Positions 18,383-27,627 are shown, counted from the stretch's first letter. The stretch is DNA of 34,533 nt from a bacterium (GCA_044869275.1 JBIOXB010000094.1:1-34533); one strand, 5' to 3'. The notes: generated from the sequence alone by a model not told the origin. A program made the numbers and translations.

Positions 18383-21049
18383 CTAACTCTCCGCCAGGAT
18401 TTTGCGCTTGAATTGCGCCGGGAAGCCGCCCGGCAAGACCAAAACAATATTTTCGCCTCTGCCGGTTTTGAACTGCAGCAACGATCCTTTCAGATCTTGT
18501 TCTTTCAAGCCGTTGCGATATAAAGCCACCTCGCGCTCCGGCCAGGGATTGCGCACCCGGCATTCGCCGCCGAGCTGCGCATTGATTTCAACGAACTCGA
18601 TGATGCCTTTTTGCTGCGATGCGGTCACGAGAAAACCACCGCGCGCCAGAAGCGTGAAAGCCGCATCCCAATCTTTGGGCCAGGCGGGGAACACACGAAT
18701 CACTGCATCTTTTCCGGGGCCGGGGGGAACGCTTTGGCACAGCGCTTCGTGCAGCGCATAAGCGGCATTGCCGAGGCGTTGCGCGTCGATGCCGTTGACG
18801 CCTTCGCGCAAAGCCATGCGATTGTCCAAAACACCGGCGCGGCCCGTGCCCTCGAAATCGACAAAGTCACCTTCGGGCCATGGGCAGCGGATTTGATTGA
18901 TGATCGCATGCCGCACGTCTTCAGCGCGGCCCATTTTGGCCGCCAGCACCGCGGAACCCGAGAGCACGGAAATGCGCGTGCTGTCATTCATGCCGGCGGG
19001 AAAAGATCTCTCGTAGGTAGCGAGAGCGGTTTGAAACAACTCCGGGTTCTCCTCCCTGGTTTCGAGTGTGCTGAGATCGAAATACATTGCCGGCGTGTGA
19101 TCTTCACGAACACGCCCATGCAACACCGGATGCAACCCACCGATCCAAAATTTTGGCTCGCCGGGCGCGTTGTGCACGGGCGCATCAGGATGATCGCTGC
19201 GCGGCAAGGGCGCGAGGTTATCCAAAAATTCCTGCCACACCGGGAGCATGCCGACATCTGACTGTAAAATTTCCGCAGCTTTGATCAGTACCGGCAAAAT
19301 CCCATGCATGGCCGCCATCGAGCCCATGGCGTCGCGCACGCCGCGAATGCCTTCGCTGTGATTGATCAGATGAATGTGATATTTGCCGTCCGATTCTTTT
19401 TTGAGATTGGGAAAATTGCGATAGAACTCCGCCACGCCTTTGAGCATGGGATAGGCGCGATCACGCAGCCACGTTTTATCGAGCGTGCATTCGTAACGCT
19501 TCCAATACAAGTAAGCGATTTGCGACGCGCTTTCGAACATGTGCAGGACATTACCAAAGGGCCCGTTGCCTTTGTCGGTGAAAATCCACTGGCCGTCGAC
19601 CCATTTTCCCACGCCTTTCCAATTCCAAATAGAAGTATGCGGATGCTGCGTTTCGGCGTACTCGCGAAACCGTTGCGAGCGCGTCTCCCAAGGCTTACGC
19701 ACGAGATAAAGCTCGCGCATTTCTGAGGCAATGTCTTCGGGCAACGTCTCTGGTCCGTCAAACCAAACTGTCTCCGGAATGTAGATACCCTTGCTGCCCC
19801 ACACTTGGCGTGCGGCGGTACTGCACGCAGCATACATGCCGCTGTACGTGTCGAACAACGGCTCCATCAACTCCAAACGATGGGCAGCAAAAAAACCGCG
19901 ATAATACAAACCGGTATTGTACCACCAGTATTGCTGGCCCCACGCGCTGGCGTCGCCAAGCGTGCTGAAAACCATGCCGCTGAAATCCAGCGCATATTTG
20001 CCGCGCGAGCTCGAAGCCATGAGATACAAAAAGTAGGCGTAATGCCGTTCGATCTCATCGGCGATGCCGTCGGCGCTGTGCAGATGCACGAATGCCCGCG
20101 ACCAGTAATCGTGCCACCAATTTTTGTTTTCTTTTAGCAATACCTCAAAGCCTTTGCCCTTCGCCGCTTCAAGCTGCTTGAGGGCCGTCGCAGTCACATC
20201 TTCCTTTGGATCAAAACTCGCCGCACTCGCGACCAAAACCGTGAAAGCGCCTTGGCCGGGTTTGATCGCCAAACGAATTTCCGTTTCCGCCGGTTGTCCC
20301 AAGCCGGGTGTGCGCCATTTTTGTGATGAAACGATGGGGATTCTTCCTCCCGTCGCATCGGACAAGCGCGGCATGGCTTCCCTGCCAACCACACTGACGA
20401 CCACGGCAGAGCTGCAATAGTATTCGCCCTCTCTGAATTCCTGCTTCAAAGCAATCTTACCATCGTGCTGGTGCAAAGTGGAAATGGCACTGTGGTTTTT
20501 GGTATAAACTTCCGGCGGCCGCAGCATGCGCAATTTCGCATTGATCGTGGCCGGCTGGGCCCGCTGGTCGTTGATTTGAAACGCCATCACGTCCTGTTCG
20601 TGCCAGGCCAGAACCTGCGCGGAGATATTTTGACCCTGCACGGTCAACAAACCATCATAAATGGATAGGTGTTGCTTGGTGTTTTCCTTCGGAAAAACGT
20701 CGGCACCGAAATCCACAAAGTCGAGGTCGAAAAATCCGCATCCATGTGCATAATCCAAATCACGCCGATTGAAGCTGTGCGTGTTACGGTTGTTGGCGAA
20801 AACATCGACGCGGTTGATCTGCAGCTTTAGCGCGGTGGGCGAGGTCCAAACGAGGCTGCCCATGCGGCCATTGCCGAGGGGCATGCCGGCTTCGCTGCGG
20901 GCAACTGTCTGTTCGTATATCAAATCTGCGCGCGATACCAAGTTGCGATAGTTGACTTCCAGCAGGGAAGTGTGAGATGGTTCTTGTGAAAAGGAATTGT
21001 CAAAGAGCAGGGCAATCACCAGAAATGATGCTAATCTCGAAGGCCGCAA
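18383..21049 (-). CDS. GH95-like (alpha/alpha)6 glycoside hydrolase (DUF5703-type N-terminus)
   Basis: GH95-type N-terminal motif GMPLGNGRMG, plus WWHDYWSR, YLMASSSRG, RAYPMLKGVAEFY and IRVFPAWPKDWDAAFTLLARGGFLVTA. The likely start is TTG 21049, which has a GGAGG RBS and gives signal peptide MRPSRLASFLVIALL (the track gives 21169). Confidence 0.75.
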   Translation of the reverse strand: MRPSRLASFLVIALLFDNSFSQEPSHTSLLEVNYRNLVSRADLIYEQTVARSEAGMPLGNGRMGSLVWTSPTALKLQINRVDVFANNRNTHSFNRRDLDYAHGCGFFDLDFVDFGADVFPKENTKQHLSIYDGLLTVQGQNISAQVLAWHEQDVMAFQINDQRAQPATINAKLRMLRPPEVYTKNHSAISTLHQHDGKIALKQEFREGEYYCSSAVVVSVVGREAMPRLSDATGGRIPIVSSQKWRTPGLGQPAETEIRLAIKPGQGAFTVLVASAASFDPKEDVTATALKQLEAAKGKGFEVLLKENKNWWHDYWSRAFVHLHSADGIADEIERHYAYFLYLMASSSRGKYALDFSGMVFSTLGDASAWGQQYWWYNTGLYYRGFFAAHRLELMEPLFDTYSGMYAACSTAARQVWGSKGIYIPETVWFDGPETLPEDIASEMRELYLVRKPWETRSQRFREYAETQHPHTSIWNWKGVGKWVDGQWIFTDKGNGPFGNVLHMFESASQIAYLYWKRYECTLDKTWLRDRAYPMLKGVAEFYRNFPNLKKESDGKYHIHLINHSEGIRGVRDAMGSMAAMHGILPVLIKAAEILQSDVGMLPVWQEFLDNLAPLPRSDHPDAPVHNAPGEPKFWIGGLHPVLHGRVREDHTPAMYFDLSTLETREENPELFQTALATYERSFPAGMNDSTRISVLSGSAVLAAKMGRAEDVRHAIINQIRCPWPEGDFVDFEGTGRAGVLDNRMALREGVNGIDAQRLGNAAYALHEALCQSVPPGPGKDAVIRVFPAWPKDWDAAFTLLARGGFLVTASQQKGIIEFVEINAQLGGECRVRNPWPEREVALYRNGLKEQDLKGSLLQFKTGRGENIVLVLPGGFPAQFKRKILAES

Positions 21050-21062
21050 CGCCGAACCGCGC

Positions 21063-21106
21063 CTCCAACGGATAAAAATCCGTTGGTGTTCATCTATCCG
21101 TTGGAG
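21063..21106. repeat. Short CCAACGGAT/ATCCGTTGG palindromic repeat
   Basis: CTCCAACGGATA (21063-21074) is followed by ATCCGTTGG at 21078 and at 21096, 18 nt apart. Confidence 0.7.
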
Positions 21107-21107
21107 T

Positions 21108-21747
21108 TTATTTTTGTTTTTTGAGCGCATTGCCCACTGCCGACAATTGGTCGATGAATGTTTGCGCAATCAAACCATTCGCTTGAATCGGCACCTCCCA
21201 CGTGATCACGCCGCCTTCTTTCGTCACGTTGTGTGTGTATTTGAGCACCTGTTCTTCAGAATATCTCGGCGACCCCCTGCCCCAATGCTCGCCCAGAAAA
21301 CTCAGCACAAGATTGGTACATGATATTCGGCCAATAACAACCATCGAACCACCAGCCCGCGACATTTTCGCCCCAACGCTCCGACCACTCGCGAATGATC
21401 TGCTCCCACTTGCTTTGAAATTCTTTATTGGGATAGGGACCATTCTGCCACTGCAGAGCTGCCTTGGCGATCTTGTCGCCATTGGGCGCGCCGGAGGGCA
21501 GATAGACCATCAGCTTGATTCCTCGCTTGTGCAGCGCCGCGTACAAGTCCGCCACCAAATCCCGGCGCGAGCATTTGCTCGGCTGGATGCCGGTGAGACG
21601 ATCGTACGAGGCATTCGGCGCGAGATAGTAGCCCGAGTTTTGCCCAATGGTGATAACGTAATAGCCCGCTCCGACCGAATCGATCTGGCGTGCCAATCCT
21701 TCCACCTCGAAGTTGTCAATGAGCCGGTTCCACGCTGCAGCGCTCAT
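21108..21747 (-). pseudogene. Alpha-L-fucosidase-like (GH29-like TIM barrel) gene remnant, lacking its N-terminus and an internal segment
   Basis: GAGYYVITIGQNSGYYLAPN, RRDLVADLYAALHKRGIKLMVY and GWWFDG lie in one frame. After a junction near 21315, the C-terminus LSFLGEHWG...GGVITWEVP...QLSAVG lies in another frame. Confidence 0.75.
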
Positions 21748-22501
21748 AGAAGTAACCGGCGGGACTTTGAAAGGCCGTGATGCTTTCTTCGAGGCGCTGA
21801 CGCAGTCGCGCTTCCAGCTCGGGGTCGGGTCGCAATGCCAGATAGGCCAGTGCGCCCGCCCAGACGTTGCTGTATTGGTTGGAGTAGTCCACACCGTGTC
21901 GCCACATCTCGGGGTCATTCAGCACAATCATGATTGCTTTCCGCTGCGCCAGCCAGACCCGTTCACTCAACCCGGCATCGATCGGCGGCCCGCGATGCAG
22001 CAACCGCAGCGTTTCGCCCATGAACTTCGTGGCGAATGCCGTCGCCGCCAGGTTCCATTCCCGCGGACCATACTCGCTGAACTTGCCCTCCGGACTTTGC
22101 ATTCGGCACCAATAGTCGAGAGCCGCCTCAAGTCTTTGCCGGAGTGCGGAATCACCATGGTAAGGATTCCAGGGACGTTGCGTGCAGTAGAAAAAAGCCA
22201 GACTCAAGCAGTTTTCCATCACGCGGGCGTTGTAGGTCTGATGATTGACCTGGCCGCGCCACACCGACAAGTCAAAAAAACCGCGAAACTCTCCCTCTTC
22301 CAAAACACTGTTGGCGACGCGATGAAAATGGGCGAGATAGTATGGCAGCTCCAGTTCGGCATCGCCGAAATCACTGGGCTTGAGTTGCCCCAAGTCCACC
22401 GGTGCCACTTGGGGGAGCGGTTGCGCCCTCCCGCTGCTCGCCAAACCCAACCACAACGCTAAACTGGCACCAGCCAGAAATATCGTCCATGGCTTAATCA
22501 T
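21716..22501 (-). pseudogene. Secreted helical (alpha/alpha)-type hypothetical protein, truncated by fusion to the GH29-like remnant
   Basis: Signal peptide MIKPWTIFLAG...GRA. Protein-like sequence (ARVMEN, ALDYWCRMQSPEG, YSNQY, QSPAGYFYE) stops at the 21743-21748 junction. Confidence 0.65.
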
Positions 22502-22689
22502 GGACCGCAGTTCGCATTTCCGTGTGGTGCGGCTGGTTTGCATGTCCGCTCTAAGCGATATATTAGCGTTCATTCGCGGTTTGAGAAATGGGAAAGTTAG
22601 TCAATTCTCAATCCTAATTTGAAAGCTGTTTCAAAAGGAGCTCCAGTTTAAGTCCAATGGCGCATCCGCGGCTCGCCTGAAAATCCAGT

Positions 22690-24825
22690 CTAGTTTTCTA
22701 AACGCAGTCCAGCCTGACCAGCAACGAAGTGGAAGTTGAAGGTCCGGCCGTTTTTGGAAAAAGAGAGATTGACATTGTCTTGACTGCTGCGCGTCAACGT
22801 CGCCGAGGCAGCAATTTGTTCCGCCTCCTGTTTGTCCTGCACCGGCAGGATGATCGTGGCGATGAGGTTCTGCTCGCCGGCAGCTTTGCAAACCACGCCA
22901 AAATACGGAATCCAATTGAACTCGGCGGAAGCGTTCACCGGGAGATAAGCATGGCGGTCATCACGAATGGTGAAGGCATTGCCAACAATGGGGATTAAGG
23001 CCATCATGCCCGGCTCTGCGCCGGCTCGATTTTCTGCATTCGAGGCTTCACCACTGCGTGGGGTATCGCGCTTCACATTGCCGCCATGCAACAAAACAAA
23101 GCGTTCGTTTGATTCGACGCCGCACTCGGAATGAAATCTCGCCTCAATTTCTGCGCCTTTGGCGCAAGCCACTTCGTCCAACACGATCGTCATTTCAGGC
23201 TTTTCCAAAATGACGTGGCGCCGCCAGTTCTTCAACTCCTTCCGGGGATACGCCATACTGGGATCCATCAATACGTAGTCCCGCTGCGGGCCGGTGCGAA
23301 ACTCCAGCACTTTGCCGCCGACGTCATAATGATATGGCTGCTTGTAGAGCTTGCCGGATATTTGCTTTTCACCGTTCACAAAAATCACGTTGTGGCCGGC
23401 GCTGGAGGCGTGCGGATAGTCCCAGCGCGCTTCATCAAAGTACTTTTCATCATAAAAGGCGCGGCCGGTTTCAGAGATAAAGGCCAGCCCCTTCCAAAAA
23501 ATCACAAACTGGCCGATGTCGAGATGCCCGTGATGCGGGTCGTCGTTTTTCCCGGCTTTGCCGGCGACCATCACTTTTGACGGGTCCGTAAAGTCACTGC
23601 GCATCACCCAAAAATCGATGGTGCGAAAATGCAGCGATTTCTTTTTCGGTTCGGGGGCATTTTCCCGCGGGCGCGGCCAGATGATATCGAGATACTCGCG
23701 CCCCTCTTCCAGCACGTTGTTGCGATACCAGATCGTCCTCGCGTCTCCGGTTTCCGCGGCCAACAAGTTGAGCAGAAACGTGGGGCCGAGGCGAGCACCA
23801 CGCGAGTCCGCAAAATTAACAGAACTGCCGGGAGGAACGAAGAGATATAATGGAAAGGTTGCAGGATTGGCGCGCAGGCGCTGATTCTGAAACAGATCGA
23901 ATTTGCCCTTGCTCAGACGCTGCAACGACTTGCCGAACTGCAGAGAGGTCCGCAGGCCGTACGACCAATAACCTCCCCCCTCCTGCCAGCCGCCGTCGAG
24001 GCCAAGCTCGTTCAGCATGTTGTTGATGCGATTGTAGGACTCGGCAACCACATCCGTGAGTTGGGGATTTTCCGTGAGCAGCGCCAGACCCGCCATCCCG
24101 ACACCGGAATTGCAGACGCCGCACCAATTGCAGCGATAAGCCGTCGCCCACCAATGAAATTCATAATCTCCTCGTACGGGCGCGATAACTTTTTCGATGA
24201 GAGCGCCACGTATGCGGTCACGCTGTCTCTGATTCAGAACCGGATAGAGCCAGTCATACACATATGCCATTTCGCGGCCGGCTTCGCCGTTGTTGTGGTC
24301 GAAGCTGAAACAAACTTGATCGTCGGGCACGTTCCATGGCATGACGCGGCTGTAAATGATGGGGAATTCATGCGGCCGCAGCGTCCAGGTGGGCAGATCG
24401 CAAAACGCATCGGCGAATTCAAATGCCTTGCCCGCGTATTTGTGCTCGCCCGTCATCTGGTACAGGAATGCCAACGTCAAGGCGTTTTCGAGATTGGATT
24501 GATAATAGTGCTCGTATTTTCCATCGCGATCGAACTCGGTCCAATCCGCACGCGTATTCTTGCCCTGACTGGGAATCGAAAAATCCACTGGTTGGTGAAG
24601 TAGGCGGTTTCCCTCTGCCAGCAGGCGTTTCATAATATCGCGAGATTCACCCGCCGCTTCGAGGCGTTGCCGGATAGCCGCCTTTTCGTTTTCAGAGAAG
24701 AGCAGATATGGGTGTTGCAGCGCTTTCGAGTCGATTGCCTTATCAATGTCGCCTTTGGATATCTGAGCGAACGATGCGGCAGTCAGAAGCATCAGAAGAC
24801 TCGCAAGGCATCCAATAGTATTCAT
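22690..24825 (-). CDS. Heparinase II/III-like (oligo)saccharide lyase with an N-terminal helical domain
   Basis: Motifs HPYLLF, AYVYDWLY, NWCGVCNSG, DGGWQEGGGYWSYG, NFAD, HGHLDIGQF and AGHNVIFVNG; signal peptide. Confidence 0.88.
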   Translation of the reverse strand: MNTIGCLASLLMLLTAASFAQISKGDIDKAIDSKALQHPYLLFSENEKAAIRQRLEAAGESRDIMKRLLAEGNRLLHQPVDFSIPSQGKNTRADWTEFDRDGKYEHYYQSNLENALTLAFLYQMTGEHKYAGKAFEFADAFCDLPTWTLRPHEFPIIYSRVMPWNVPDDQVCFSFDHNNGEAGREMAYVYDWLYPVLNQRQRDRIRGALIEKVIAPVRGDYEFHWWATAYRCNWCGVCNSGVGMAGLALLTENPQLTDVVAESYNRINNMLNELGLDGGWQEGGGYWSYGLRTSLQFGKSLQRLSKGKFDLFQNQRLRANPATFPLYLFVPPGSSVNFADSRGARLGPTFLLNLLAAETGDARTIWYRNNVLEEGREYLDIIWPRPRENAPEPKKKSLHFRTIDFWVMRSDFTDPSKVMVAGKAGKNDDPHHGHLDIGQFVIFWKGLAFISETGRAFYDEKYFDEARWDYPHASSAGHNVIFVNGEKQISGKLYKQPYHYDVGGKVLEFRTGPQRDYVLMDPSMAYPRKELKNWRRHVILEKPEMTIVLDEVACAKGAEIEARFHSECGVESNERFVLLHGGNVKRDTPRSGEASNAENRAGAEPGMMALIPIVGNAFTIRDDRHAYLPVNASAEFNWIPYFGVVCKAAGEQNLIATIILPVQDKQEAEQIAASATLTRSSQDNVNLSFSKNGRTFNFHFVAGQAGLRLEN

Positions 24826-25049
24826 GACGTGCCTGTAAGCTCGATCACCGGTTATTATGCTCCAGCTTTCCGAATTTCACTTGCACCGGACGGTTGTATT
24901 CCTGTCAACCTCATTGAAAGGCAAGACTATTATGGGCAAAACCATTAACCTCAGATGAAGCCTTTAGGAGTTTTGCCTGAAATGGTTTTGCCTATTGGGA
25001 ATATTTGAGATTTTGAAACCAGAAAATCTTTGCAAACAGACCAAGTTTT

Positions 25050-25118
25050 TCCCAACGGATAGAAACAACGCAACTGATAAAAGCTTTTCATCCGTTGCGT
25101 TGTTTCGATCCGTTGGGA
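25050..25118. repeat. Near-perfect 29-bp inverted repeat
   Basis: TCCCAACGGATAGAAACAACGCAACTGAT / ATCCGTTGCGTTGTTTCGATCCGTTGGGA (27/29) around the loop AAAAGCTTTTC. Confidence 0.85.
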
Positions 25119-25199
25119 TTATTTTTGCCGTATTCACTAGTCGGTTTGAGTCCCGACTTCATTCGGGAATCGCTAGATAATTACCTGGATTGAAACTCA

Positions 25200-25544
25200 T
25201 CACTTGTCAGCCACAAACTCTTGACGATACGGCGCAAATACATCAATGAGCGCACCGCTTTCCAAAGCAACGACACCATGCACTTTGTCGGGGGGGACAA
25301 AAAAGCTGTCCCCGGATTTGAGAATTTCCTTCTTTCCATCAATCTCTACCTCGAATGAGCCTTCTTCAACATATGTCACCTGGCGATGCGGATGGTGGTG
25401 AGGCGACCCGATTGCCCCCTTTTCAAAAACTACCCGGGTCATCATAAGTTGGGGGTCATAGCAGAGGATTTGCCGCTGTAGACCTTCTCCCACCGATTCC
25501 CAGGCGGTTTCACCGCCTTTCAGAAAAGTCTGGAGTTTCTTCAT
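25200..25544 (-). CDS. kdgF: Cupin domain protein, KdgF-like (4,5-unsaturated uronate linearisation)
   Basis: Motifs GEGLQRQILCYD, FEKGAIGSPHHHPHRQVTYV, GDSFFVPP...HG and LIDVFAPYRQEF; lyase/GH88 context. Start ATG 25544 (track 25622). Confidence 0.85.
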   Translation of the reverse strand: MKKLQTFLKGGETAWESVGEGLQRQILCYDPQLMMTRVVFEKGAIGSPHHHPHRQVTYVEEGSFEVEIDGKKEILKSGDSFFVPPDKVHGVVALESGALIDVFAPYRQEFVADK

Positions 25545-25694
25545 ACAGTCATTTCCCATTTGGGGAAGACAAGTCCATGTGAATAATCGAGCAGGCAGTT
25601 TTTGCCTGCCTGCCCGATCCAATATACCAGCGCTTTCGACGATGCCGTGCCATTCGACACTCTGTCCGATCAGGTCAAATGGCCTCTATCTAAT

Positions 25695-25730
25695 TCGTAA
25701 AGCTTAAAACGTAAGTATTACGCATTACGC
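25695..25730. repeat. Short inverted heptamer arrays (CGTAA / ATTACGC)
   Basis: TCGTAAA GCTTAAA ACGTAAG followed by ATTACGC ATTACGC; same family as 16423-16514. Confidence 0.6.
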
Positions 25731-25739
25731 CAAATGACC

Positions 25740-27326
25740 TTATTTTAGCAACGTCATCTTCCGCATCATGCTTTGCGCTCCGGCCTGCAGTCGATAGAAG
25801 TAAATGCCGCTGGGCACCAATGCACCGAGGTCGTTCCTTCCGTCCCAAGACACACTGTGGCTCCCGATGGGCTGGTGTGCTTGCACGAGCGTGCGCACTT
25901 TTTGTCCCAATGTATTGTAAATTTCCAATGAGACCCTGGCCGCCTTGGGGAGACTGTAGGCTATTTGGGTTTGGGGATTGAAAGGGTTGGGGTGGTTTTG
26001 TGATAACTCAAACGTACTAGGCACTCCGGCAACCGCGTCTTCAACACTCGTGGGCATGCCGGCGGCTATCCATGCCGCTTTTCTATCTGGATACCAGTTG
26101 AGATCGCCCAAGGGAAAGCCGCCGGCGGCGGCGGTGTAGGATCGAGCAGTCGTGCCATAACTCATGTTAACACCAACGGCGAGCTCGTCCGTACGAAAGA
26201 TAAAAGCACTATGCGAATATCCTTTTGAACCGCCGACGTAAATTTGCAGCTCGGGCAATAGACTGTCGATCGTGACGTCTTGGACAAAGTTCAACTCTTC
26301 CGAAAAGACCGCCCTCGCCGGATCGATCCTTGCTGCAAACGCCGCGTCAAACCAGGGCGCGATCGCCACGGAATCCCCGGCATTGAGGTTGAAATCACCA
26401 AGGACGGCGTCGATTCTGGGATCTCTCCACACATTATTGCTCCTCATGATCAGCACTTCATTGGAAGTATCCGCCCCGGCCATCGTGAAGGTGCACATCG
26501 TGCTTTGAGGATCAGTATATTCAAGTTCAACCTTCCGAACCCCGGCGGGCGTGGTGCCAAGGATTGAAGGATTGATGACTATATTACTGATAAAATACAA
26601 TTCCCTCACATTGCGGAACTGGAAGCTGGGACGATAGCCGGTACCATTCATGAAGGTATTATGATCGATGAAGGCATAATCGAGGCTGGCATCCAGGAAC
26701 ATATGACGAATCCATCGGTCGGCGCAGTTCAGAAGGGTGTTATTCTGCAATATGAGCGTATCCACACTTGCATCTCGGAAATCGATGAAGCGGCCATTGT
26801 CAACCCGGTTGGAGCGGCCATTGCCGGTTTCGATGCAGTTCCTCACAATCAGAGTGGCACCATCTCTTCCGACCTCCAAGGTTCGCCCGCCAAATCCCAC
26901 AAAAGAGCAACCGTCGATCACAATCCTCAGATTATCAGCAGACAATTGAAACACCTGACCGATACGCTGCGCCCGGTCTTGCGCTGAGCGAATGCCGGTG
27001 AAAGCGAGATTCTCGAGTCTAATATTCGCAAAAACGCCAAGGACGGTGCCGGCGTAAGTGCCGGCAGCATCAGGTGCCACAGCAATGAGCGGCCGGTCGC
27101 CTGCACCCTCCGCGGCCCTGATGGTTATCGGGACACTCACATTCATCGTGCCTTGATTGGGATACCCTGTTCCTCTTTGCAGAACCAAAACGTCGCCGGC
27201 GTTGGAGGTGTTAATCGCATCTGCCAAAGTGTTCAGTCCCGGGGCAACGTTTTTTATCTGTTGCGCATGACCGAAATGACTTGCCCACACCAGCGCGACT
27301 GCGATCAAAGTAATAGCTCTTTTCAT
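25740..27326 (-). CDS. Secreted right-handed beta-helix (pectin-lyase-fold-like) protein with a C-terminal FlgD-Ig/T9SS-like sorting domain
   Basis: Signal peptide from ATG 27326 with a GGAGA RBS. LADAINTSNAGDVLVLQRG, repeated beta-helix-like I.DGCSF/VRNC/QNNT/DHNTF strands, and GFPLGDLNWYP. C-terminal LSQNHPNPFNP...WDGRND...SGIYFYRL...RKMTLLK. Confidence 0.8.
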   Translation of the reverse strand: MKRAITLIAVALVWASHFGHAQQIKNVAPGLNTLADAINTSNAGDVLVLQRGTGYPNQGTMNVSVPITIRAAEGAGDRPLIAVAPDAAGTYAGTVLGVFANIRLENLAFTGIRSAQDRAQRIGQVFQLSADNLRIVIDGCSFVGFGGRTLEVGRDGATLIVRNCIETGNGRSNRVDNGRFIDFRDASVDTLILQNNTLLNCADRWIRHMFLDASLDYAFIDHNTFMNGTGYRPSFQFRNVRELYFISNIVINPSILGTTPAGVRKVELEYTDPQSTMCTFTMAGADTSNEVLIMRSNNVWRDPRIDAVLGDFNLNAGDSVAIAPWFDAAFAARIDPARAVFSEELNFVQDVTIDSLLPELQIYVGGSKGYSHSAFIFRTDELAVGVNMSYGTTARSYTAAAGGFPLGDLNWYPDRKAAWIAAGMPTSVEDAVAGVPSTFELSQNHPNPFNPQTQIAYSLPKAARVSLEIYNTLGQKVRTLVQAHQPIGSHSVSWDGRNDLGALVPSGIYFYRLQAGAQSMMRKMTLLK

Positions 27327-27402
27327 GGTTATCTCCGCGAAGTTGAGTGACAAACGCATCAGGGCTTTCGGTTTTTCTCAACATCAAGCAAACCAACGCT
27401 AC

Positions 27403-27433
27403 TCACGTCACTGGCATGACCCTATCACCTCCT
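27403..27433 (-). promoter_or_regulatory. Stand-alone 10-nt Shine-Dalgarno (AGGAGGTGAT) followed by mini-ORF MPVT*
   Basis: AGGAGGTGAT at 27433-27424, ATG at 27417 and TGA at 27405-27403. The real downstream gene starts about 80 nt later with its own RBS. Confidence 0.5.
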
Positions 27434-27465
27434 GCCTTTGTTTGCACAGAGTTTCACGTGACTAT

Positions 27466-27627
27466 TACTACAACGTTAAGTCGGCCGCGCCTCCTTTTTG
27501 TCATTCAGGAGGAAACTTTTTGAGCGCTTGGTACAGCGTCAAAATAGGCTTTAGTCCCAGTGCGTAAAAAGATTCCTCCTGACAGAGCTGAGTTTTCGGA
27601 CGAATCTTTGAACTTAACGTCGTAGTA
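27466..27627. mobile_element. MITE-like element D (162 bp) with 4-bp TSD CTAT
   Basis: TIR TACTACAACGTTAAGT / ACTTAACGTCGTAGTA (15/16), with CTAT at 27462-27465 and 27628-27631. Inner hairpin TGTCATTCAGGAGGAA...GATTCCTCCTGACA. Confidence 0.85.

Noticed and set aside
18222..18563. ORFs reading through MITEs (18222-18563, 27325-27567, 32760-33152)
   Set aside because: Their peptides derive from palindromic elements or alternative frames, with no RBS or family support.
24947..25170. Possible MITE enclosing the 25050-25118 hairpin (AACCTCAGATGAAG / CTTCATTCGGGAAT)
   Set aside because: The ends match at only 9/14 and there is no clear target duplication, so only the hairpin is reported.
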